A stretch of DNA of 62,454 nt, counting the filler, from Collodictyon triciliatum (lineage: Eukaryota): the NCBI GenBank assembly GCA_043381765.1. It is 5 parts of 5 records of this genome, joined end to end, with 100 filler letters (N's around TTAATTAATTAA, not from the genome) between each part and the next. Parts side by side here need not be neighbours in the genome. Positions count along the whole stretch, not along the records: positions 34,600 to 54,287 come from JBHJMP010000526.1; positions 54,388 to 58,598 come from JBHJMP010000533.1; positions 58,699 to 62,454 come from JBHJMP010000557.1; 2 more parts are not named here. One strand, written 5' to 3'. Positions 53,554-62,454 of the stretch are shown piece after piece; position 1 is the first letter of the stretch; every line of letters starts with the position of its first letter. The notes under the pieces are model-generated. The model worked only from the letters and a program-made list of their open reading frames with translations. It was not told the origin of the DNA and ran no database searches. Position numbers and translations under genes: made by a program.

Positions 53554-53967
53554 TTATTCAGCCTTATTCATCTCGGCATATTTTTTCAGCTGGACTCTGA
53601 AACCAGGATTTGGATTTGCTTGTGGGCGCGCGGTCTTGACGCTGTTTTAGAGTCAGATCCATTAGTTGCAATTTGATAATATATACATATATATGCGGAG
53701 AAAAGTCTATCTATTTGGAGGGAATATTTCTTTCTTTTTCTTTCTCTCGACGAGGCTGGAATATTGACGGAATTGCGTGGAAATATACAATATTTCGATG
53801 ACAGAAAACAAAAATGAGTGGACAAATCGATGAGCAAACAAAGAAAGAATGAAACGATGGAATCTGAACAGGAAGTATACATCTCGAAGGCCTCCTCAAA
53901 CGATATTTTTCGAGTCTTGATGAGATACGCGGTGGTCACAGATGTTGCGCGAGAAATACCAGCATTA
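53554..53967 (-). CDS. Atypical dual-specificity protein phosphatase (DUSP19-like), last two exons only
   Basis: (C)NAGISRATSVTTAYLIKTRKISFEEAFE|.VKTARPQANPNPGFRVQLKKYAEMNKAE* contains the CxAGxSR loop, AYL and PNxGF..QL motifs. The 5' part is lost at the scaffold end. Confidence 0.9.
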
Positions 53968-54287
53968 CTACATGGCGCCAATAAAGGGGTTTTGTCATGG
54001 CCTGTTTCCAATATTTATGTTGCTCAATGAAAAAGCCAGAAACGATGAATAAATTAAACCATCATGATTCCCATTCAAAATGAGATGAAAAAGCAAGCAA
54101 GCAAACAAGCAAGCAAACAAACAAACAAACAAAAAACAGAAAAAATACAGAAAAACAAAAAAAAACAAACAAAAAAAACAAAAAACAAACAAAAAACAAA
54201 AACAAACAAACAAACAAACAAACAAACAAAAAACAAACAAAAAACAAACAAAAAAAACCAAACAAACAAACAAACAAACAAAAACAA

Positions 54288-54387
54288 NNNNNNNNNNNNN
54301 NNNNNNNNNNNNNNNNNNNNNNNNNNNNNNNTTAATTAATTAANNNNNNNNNNNNNNNNNNNNNNNNNNNNNNNNNNNNNNNNNNNN
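54288..54387. other. Artificial scaffold-joining spacer
   Basis: N44-TTAATTAATTAA-N44. Confidence 0.95.
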
Positions 54388-54388
54388 A

Positions 54389-54442
<54 letters not shown>

Positions 54443-54552
54443 AATTTAATCGCAAAAAAAAAAAAAAAATACAAAATGATGATGTTGCTGGTGGATAATG
54501 AAATGGCGAATAAATATTTCACCGTGAAAGTGTTGATAAAAAAAAAACGTAC

Positions 54553-56398
54553 CGGAATATTGTATTCATCAACACCCGATCCTTTTGAACCACCTGAGGC
54601 GTGCGATTCGACAAAACATTTCAGGGCTCTCGAATTGGACAGCGCATTATCCAAAAGACCACACTCCTGATTTAGAGTGGAAATGAAAGGATGAAAACGA
54701 AGAAGAGGGCCTCATCAAAATAGTATTTCTTTTCTACTGAACAATATTATATCATTTTCTGTTTACTAACTTGTGAAAGAAAATGATGTGGTATTCCAAG
54801 GCGTTGTGATAATTAAAAAAAAAGTACATTAGAAATCTATCAGACAATATACCCCTAGTGTTACGAGACAAGCTGAGAAAGATATTGTGGGCCCTGCTTT
54901 CCCACTAGAATCCGTTTGCGCAGAAAAAATTTCAATGAGCTTCTGTCCATAATCACCAAATAGAGTCTATTTTGTGGGAAAAGAGGCTTTCAAGAGTGAA
55001 AACTTGGGAATAGAAAGGATTTGTAATTTAACAACAACAACAAAAATCAGAGGCACCCGACACCCATATACTGAAGAGGAAAAAAATAGAAGCAAAATGT
55101 ATGTTTACTTTCAACTCCAAGGTTTCCATTTCTTTTCTAATGGGATCCAGTGACTTTCTGAAAGCATTTGGCAGTATCTTTGTTGTTATGGATAGGGCGG
55201 CGCACGAGGCAATATTTCGAATTGTAGGAAACCTGGAGAAGATTCTTTTGAGATATTCGGTTTTGGGAAAAGAAATAAATATCGTTTGATTTCAGATGTT
55301 TGATCTGGTATGCTGCTAAATTTATAATCATATGTTTTAAATCAAAATAAATCGGATTGTAATTATATGCAAACTATACCTTTGATGTGATATTCGCACA
55401 ATTGCTTCTACAAAATTGTTGAATGACAAAAGCGGCTGTATGAATTAAAAAATTGGATAAAAATAGTTAGCATATGACTTTTTGTACGAACGAATTTCTT
55501 AGTTTCAAGTGGACAATCACCCTGTCAGAGGAAGAGTATTGGGTAACTTTACTGAATATCTTGTCTGCGATGGCTGGGATGAAAGGAGAAAAATCGATAA
55601 GACAAATAGGATGTTGATAAAAAAAAAATTACTGGTGGATATTTTAGAATAGAACTTAAGAATTACATTTGGTTATTGTCTTCGACAACAACTGTGCATC
55701 GGTAGCAAATTGATGAAAAGACTGGAGGCTTATTCCATCTACATTTGAGTGACTGTGTTCTCTGTCTTCATCTTCTCTAGCCTCCATCGCCGAGTAAAAA
55801 AAGTAAATATCCTCCAACTCATCTAAAATTGAGAAACATGTTTAAAAATTGGTACAGTATCACAAGGCAGTACCTAAAGTTCCATTTATAAACAAATTGT
55901 AAAGATGAATCGCCTCTGATTATTATTTTTAAAAATTAGAAGAAAAATTGTTAATTTTACCGCGATATCTAGTAATCAAATCCTGTATTCCCAAGTTCGC
56001 CAAGACAATTCCCGTTTCTGACGTCACAGATAATATGTCCGAAACATCCATTTGGATGGGTTCCGCTTATAAGGAGCCATTCATTCGGTTACGAAGATTT
56101 TAGTTGTATAAAGGAATGTAAATCAAAATTACATTCCAAAAAAAGCAAACTTTCATCCAACTAAAAGTATCTAGTGAAGTTAAGAAAATCAAGAAATATA
56201 AAAGGATGGTGAAAATTCTATAAAGTCTGTTACAAGCATCAGGCTGTGTCAAGAGTTGATCCTGTATAAGTTTGTTTAATTGATCCCTAGCCACGGACAA
56301 CTCTTTGGATAAATTTTCAGACAGTTTTGTTTCGATAATAAGCTGCTCCTTTAAACTTGAAATGATAGATTGAACTTCACCTGTAGTTAAAAATGGTG

Positions 56399-56495
<97 letters not shown>

Positions 56496-58402
56496 NNNNN
56501 NNNNNNNNNNNNNNNNNNNNNNNNNNNNNNNNNNNNNNNNNNNNNNNNNNNNNNNNNNNNNNNNNNNNNNNNNNNNNNNNNNNNNNNNNNNNNNNCTTTC
56601 TGTTTATTCTTTCTGTTTATTCTTTCTGTTTATTCTTTCTGTTTATTCTTTCTGTTTATTCTTTCTGTTTATTCTTTCTGTTTATTCTTTCTGTTTATTC
56701 TTTCTGTTTATTCTTTCTGTTTATTCTTTCTGTTTATTCTTTCTGTTTATTCTTTCTGTTTATTCTTTCTGTTTATTCTTTGCAGTAAACCGTATTTGAT
56801 GAACTTAGCTATAGTCTGTATTAGAGGGAGAGTAGGTCATTTACTTACGCATTTTTTCCTCGCTCAAACTTATTTGCGAGTTTAATTTTGAAGCTTCTTT
56901 ATCATATGATAGCCTAATCGTGGTACGTATTGAGAAAGATCTACTTTTCTTGTCTCTTTTTAAATGATAATAAAAATGTAGTGAAATGAAAAAAATTAAA
57001 GATTTTTATTCACTCAGATTCTTTTAAAAAGGGAAATGAGCGAGTGAACAATGCTCACGCCTATCATCCCCATTCAGTAGGAATAAAGGATGAATGGGGA
57101 AAAGAAAAAAAGAAAAGCAAGAGGAAACCTTGATTCGTTTATTCTTGTATATTTTGTAGAAGTTGCCTCAAGCTCTGCTGATAACCTGAATATATCATCC
57201 TCCTACATAGAATGATATGCTTGAAATCATTTTCCAGCTTGATATGTTCCACAAATGTTGATGGAAAAAATGTTAAATTCTTCAAAAAAAATATGAAAGG
57301 CATATTTATTCTTCCATATAAATTACAATTTTTTTGGCAAGCTTTTCTTTCTCCTCCAAAGTTCTGGTTAAAGCGTCTTTGGTTTCTTCATTTTGGGAAA
57401 TAACTTTCTCTTTATCATTGACTTCTTGTTTCAAATAATTGTAAGCAGTTGCCAACTGAGAAGTGAACAAGTCCCTCTCTTTGATAAGACTTTTTAAAGT
57501 CTATTTCAATCAAATCCTAGTTTAGTTTTTATCGCATACGAAATTGACAATATATTCAAGATAAAGAAAATCGAAAGAGGAGGGGACCTCTGAGTCTTGC
57601 AATCTTTTAGACTCCAACTCTGCAGTTTTTGTTTCATGGTATCGAAGAGATGAGCGATGGACCTCAATCTGATCTTTAAGTCTGAATGATAACGATGGGT
57701 GAGTCAGATATGTTAACATTATTTGGCATTTTAGAAAATTTATCCATAAATTCATATCGTTGTTTCTTTGTGTTTCTTTGTGTTTCCAATGATATTTTGA
57801 AAGCTTTGATAGTTCTATTAGATTTTTATGTATTTTTTTCTCATTGGTAATCGTTATCAGCAGAGTAATAATTACTTGTTTGTAATTTGCCGATTGTTAG
57901 CAATTTGTTTTTGCATGAACTCTATGTTTGCACTTGGTCCAAATGGGCTCTTTCGCCCAGAAAAAATTGGAAGAGAGGAATGAACTCCATTCGATGACCT
58001 TTAAAGATGTATTCATATCGCAGTAAAGAGAACATCGAGAATTAATTACTACAATATAACAGATATTTCATTATGGAATGGAGCTACGCGAAAATGGAAA
58101 TAGCACCTGGAGGTTATCCATGGTAACCTTTTTGATGATTCTGCAATGCTATCACTAATTGGTTCTTTTGACGGTAGAGACAAGGATGGGACCAGACTAT
58201 GATCAGATGACCTGCTTTCAATCCATCTATCGGCATGCTCCTGCTCATTCGTTTTGATATCAAATATAAACTCTTGGCTGCTCGAGACTATATTGCATGA
58301 AATAATATGCGATCCAGTCTGAAGCTTCAAAGAAATAAATATGCTAACCTTTGAAGAACCACGTGTATCTCTACTAGGGGCACATTTGGTAGACATAATC
58401 AT
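54553..58402 (-). CDS. Coiled-coil protein with C-terminal EF-hand-like helical domain; 3'-truncated
   Basis: Exons give a long heptad region (RLKDQIEVHRSSLRYHETKTAELESK...LSVARDQLNKL), then ELEDIYFFYS...ISLQSFHQFATDAQLL...IADKIFSKV...LSFNNFVEAIVRISHQR...KILPNA. Confidence 0.7.
56401..56780. repeat. (ATT)n followed by (TTTATTCTTTCTG)n 13-mer array, intronic
   Basis: Directly visible. Confidence 0.95.
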
Positions 58403-58598
58403 TAAGGTTTTCGATTTTAAATCACATAATCCTTTATTATTATTATTATTATTATTATTTTATTCTTCCTTTCAATTTTGTGCAGGATGGTGAACATAAT
58501 CCTTTATAGATGTAATAAATGATATATGCTACGCACTTTTCCCTTATCTTTGGAACTAACAATAAAGAAAATAATAATAATAATAAAAAAAAACAGAG

Positions 58599-58698
58599 NN
58601 NNNNNNNNNNNNNNNNNNNNNNNNNNNNNNNNNNNNNNNNNNTTAATTAATTAANNNNNNNNNNNNNNNNNNNNNNNNNNNNNNNNNNNNNNNNNNNN
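58599..58698. other. Artificial scaffold-joining spacer
   Basis: N44-TTAATTAATTAA-N44. Confidence 0.95.
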
Positions 58699-58805
58699 TC
58701 TTTTTCTTCTTTTTCTTCTTTTTCTTCTTTTTCTTCTTTTTCTTCTTTTTCTTCTTTTTCTTCTTTTTCTTCTTTTTCTTCTTTTTCTTCTTTTTCTCCT
58801 TCCAG

Positions 58806-61800
58806 GCTTCGCTCGCATGTGGGCCACGCAAGTAGCAGAAGAAAGGTTGGAGGAAAGGTAAACCTGCAACTTTGGGAGACATTTTCTCAGCAGAGAGACG
58901 GTCCTCATTCGCGAGCCGAACCTTCCTTGCGACTGTCCTTTGTGGGAGAGAGTGCTTTACTCAAGGAACCAAGATAGCTCAATGAAAGATGTCCATTGAG
59001 AGGGAGGCCGAACGCTTTGGCATCGGATCATACTTCTTTGATTACAAGCCAGATTGAAAACAATAAAAGAAGAAATACTTTGGCGCAACAACTGCTGGAA
59101 AACGCAGAATCATACCTTTCCTTTGGGGTACGCTTTTGAGATCAGAAGGATGATTCGAAACCTTTGAACAGATTATATTATATAGCAACAAGAAGTGTCG
59201 GTGTGTCTTCACTGCTCCAAGAATCGATTTCGTATCAGAAGCTACTGCAAAGTAACTCGCAACAATGGCCACAGGCGGCAGCTCCGTAAGTCTTTTATTG
59301 GTTCGAATATTGTGAGTGTTAAAGATATCACAGTCGTTCGCAACTTGCAAGTTGCTTTTCTGTTTCTTTTTTCTTTTTTCTTTTTTCTTTTTTCTTTTTT
59401 CTTTTTTCTTTTTTCTTTTTTCTTTTTTCTTTTTTCTTTTTTCTTTTTTCTTTTTTCTTTTTTCTTTTNNNNNNNNNNNNNNNNNNNNNNNNNNNNNNNN
59501 NNNNNNNNNNNNNNNNNNNNNNNNNNNNNNNNNNNNNNNNNNNNNNNNNNNNNNNNNNNNNNNNNNNNTCTTCTCTCTTTTCTTCTCTCTTTTCTTCTCT
59601 CTTTTCTTCTCTCTTTTCTTCTCTCTTTTCTTCTCTCTTTTCTTCTCTCTTTTCTTCTCTCTTTTCTTTTCATTTCTTTTCTGTTTCTCTTTTCTTCTCT
59701 CTTTCTTTTCTTTTCTTCTCTCTTTCTCTCACTTTTCTCCCCTCTTTACTTCTGAAGTATTCTTTTCCGTGTAAATCTATAGCCTAAAAAAACTGAACAT
59801 TTCTTTCCATTTCGAAATATTGAATATGATTGTAAAAGTTCTTTTGCGTGAACCTTCTGCCCCTTTTCTTTATTTTTATTTAATCGTGTCTTTTCCAAAT
59901 ACATTGAAAATATTCATTGTATATCCCTTTTGTATACCTTCTTGTATGTCTTTTGAAACGATTTAGAATTTCACCAAGCATCCAATCCCATCCTTTCAAA
60001 TTACACGATATGTTGTTGTACGCGATCCATTCCGCCCTGCCGATGGAGAATATGTGGTGATTTTCCTATCTGATTTGTATGTATCGGATATTGTTCCTTT
60101 TTCATCCAGTAAATAATACCATCATTACCTTCCATCACTTCATTGCTGATTCATTACTTTGAACCTTTAAACAAAAATATATTTCAATTTTTCCTGTTCA
60201 ATAATACTTAAAAATAAGATATGTTGGGTTTTTATTTTTAATTTTTTATTTAAATAATATTCATAGGCATTTGTAATTGAAATTAAACATTCGAGGACAT
60301 GGAGAATACTTCGTCGCTATAGAGATTTTTTTTCGATCTACATCAAAAGGTTTTGACTTTCTATACCAACTTTATTTTTTCCATATTTTAATTCCGATGT
60401 GATTGTTTGGAATAATACTATACCAGCCGGTTTTCTTTTAAGCACCCTGACATGCATTCACTATTATCCCTAGCTCCTTCGTATACATCCGAATATGCCT
60501 CCCCTTCCACCGAAGAAATGTATTGGTTAAGTGTTTGATTGTTTGTTTGTTTGATTGGTAAAGTGTTTGATTGTTTGATTGTTTGATTGTTTGATTGTTT
60601 GATTGTTTGATTGTTTGATTGTTTGATTGTTTGATTGTTTGATTGTTTGATTGTTTGATTGTTTGATTGATTTTTTGTAAATTTTACGAACAAGAAAAGC
60701 TGGTTATTCGCTTGTCTGCATGCGTACTAGGCTTTCATACCTATAACCAAAACATAAATTAGGCTCAAAGAGCGAAGATTTTATTGATCGGAGATATGAT
60801 GATCTAGTCGTCTACTTCAGCCATGTATATGAAATGATAAGCTCAGATATTGGTATTATGTATTCGCCTCTGCTTGGGACATTTACGAGGAAGTCAAGGG
60901 CCTCATCTGGGTCTCATCTACCGACTAATGAAGCATCAACTAATTCAAATGAAGAGCCAAAAGCCTTAGCCAAAAGATCTAGCTATCCGTATAGGTCATT
61001 TCTGAATCCCGTATGTCAAATCCAAAAAAAAGAAGAAATGTGGAATTTAGTCTGCCGATTCTTAGAGTTTAATAATGAACTGGTGAGTAATTTTGATGCG
61101 TCCTTCATTCAGAGCAATCCAAATATGCTTGAATAGATTTTTTTTTTAAAAAAATGATATATACGACCGCAATAATAAAAGGTTCAGCTTACCCTTTGTG
61201 AAAACGAAGAAGAGAGCTCAAATTCCAGGTTGGACACGTAAGCCACTATACATCGCCTTTGTCGCATAAACATATACATATATAAATTCATGAATGGATG
61301 TTTGCTTGTAATTCTTGAGCATACTGTGGGTTGATATTATTTTTGGAAGAATATAGATTAAATTAACAAAATAGGATAGAACAATTTATTCCAAGAGCCC
61401 TAGAGTTCGCATTACCTCGATCCCAGCCAAGTATGAGTGTTAGTGCTGTAGATTCCTGCTATTTCAAAGGTTTCCTTTAATTTTACCTTGCAACATAATC
61501 TATCAAAGTTGTAGCTTACCATCATGAAGTAATCAAAAGAGCCGAATATAATTTTCTATGAATGACGCGCGGAAGTACCTGTGTTAATTATTGGCAAGGA
61601 AAGAGTAATTAAAAACTAACTATCATAGTTCTAAAAACAAAATATGCTGCTCTGTATCATTTGATTTTGGAGAAAAATTGTACGCTGCTCCTTCCGTCTA
61701 AGTTCATATCAGATTCAAGTAGAACTTATATTAGCAAAGACTTTATGGTAGATATTAGTAGCAATGGCTGTTTTCGATTACATCTTACTTTGAAGAAAAT

Positions 61801-62132
61801 ATACTTTGAATTTAAAAAAAATTAACATTAGAATGCCACTCAATTTATCCTCTCGAAAATGGGCGCTATACCACATTGGATAATCGATCCATTGTTTTGA
61901 CAAATAATGAAATAACAACTTCAGCAGGTTTGGTGCTTTGTTTCGGTATACAAGTTGTAATTGATATGGATATATATATATATAAGTTGAGGAAGAAACT
62001 CACATATTTATATGAAAAGGATTTCCTGTTGAAATTTCCGTCAAAATAATTGGTGATGAGCTCATATACGACGATTCTGCAAGAAGTATCAAAGTGATTT
62101 GTATTGAAAATCCGCTGGAACCCAAAGTTGAT
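58806..62132 (+). CDS. PX-domain protein continuing into a VARP/ANKRD27 N-terminal-like domain; partial, with apparent frame lesions
   Basis: PX: YV|AFVIEIKHSRTWRILRRYRDF(F)DLHQK|LLRIHPNMPPLPPKKCIG|SKSEDFIDRRYDDLVVYF...LVCRFLE. Downstream: NCTLLLP...DFM|.CHSIYPLENGRYTTLDNRSIVLTNNEITTSAG|FPVEISVKIIGDELIYDDSARSIKVICIENPLE, colinear with the ANKRD27 N-terminus as I recall it. Confidence 0.75.
60564..60670. repeat. (TTTGATTG)n intronic microsatellite
   Basis: Directly visible. Confidence 0.95.
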
Positions 62133-62283
62133 GTAAGCTGGGTGTCCCATCACGCAGTATATGAATATATGCAGAGCTCTACTAGTAGTCCCATCCCACG
62201 AATATTTCTCAAAGACCGTTTTTTGTAGATTTGACGTTCTAGTGTCCATTTTCTATTTTACTTTATTACCTGATTCTGTTTTA

Positions 62284-62454
62284 GTGATTTTATGTGATTT
62301 TATGTGATTTTATGTGATTTTATGTGATTTTATGTGATTTTATGTGATTTTATGTGATTTTATGTGATTTTATGTGATTTTATGTGATTTTATGTGATTT
62401 TATGTGATTTTATGTGATTTTATGTGATTTTATGTGATTTTATGTGATTTTATG
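62284..62454. repeat. (GTGATTTTAT)n decamer array running off the window end
   Basis: Directly visible. Confidence 0.95.

Noticed and set aside
60960..60980. Short match to the U2 snRNA 5' region (CTTTTGGCTAAG on the minus strand)
   Set aside because: Only about 12 nt, inside a coding exon, with no branch-pairing region or Sm site.
60740..62249. Minus-strand gene suggested by ORF 61866-62249 and a stop-interrupted frame near 60800-61010
   Set aside because: The plus strand encodes recognisable PX and VARP-like exons with proper splice sites.
62284..62454. Terminal decamer array as telomere or CRISPR
   Set aside because: No spacers and no G-run telomere motif; it follows an exon of an unfinished gene like the other intronic microsatellites.

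Overview
Intron-rich, AT-rich eukaryotic (protist-like) nuclear DNA in the standard genetic code. The window is not contiguous: four artificial 100-nt spacers (N44-TTAATTAATTAA-N44) join five independent scaffold pieces. Piece 1 (1-19413) holds a SAPS/PP6-regulatory-subunit-like gene (-), UNC-50 (+), an unknown gene (-) head-to-head with pescadillo/PES1 (+), RanGAP (-), tRNA-Trp(CCA) (-) and a two-repeat Myb factor (-). Piece 2 (19515-34499) holds the 3' half of RPS28 and the 5' part of a large BEACH-family (WDFY3/LvsA/SPIRRIG-like) gene. Piece 3 (34600-54287) holds the TFIIIC TPR subunit GTF3C3 (+), a multidomain RasGEF (-), an unknown coiled-coil gene (+) and the 3' end of a dual-specificity phosphatase (-). 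Piece 4 is a coiled-coil gene with an EF-hand-like C-terminus (-). Piece 5 is a PX-domain gene continuing into a VARP/ANKRD27 N-terminal-like domain (+). Many introns carry long microsatellites, which is where most assembly gaps fall. No transposon, CRISPR or rRNA was seen. Best leads: a RasGEF with polyproline, a WH2-like motif and vinculin/talin-like bundles; a PX-VARP arrangement with an in-frame TGA directly followed by ATG; a candidate U12-type intron; and a GC-AG intron. Exon structures were traced by eye and family calls come from remembered motifs, not database searches. I did not find a clearly new biological system.
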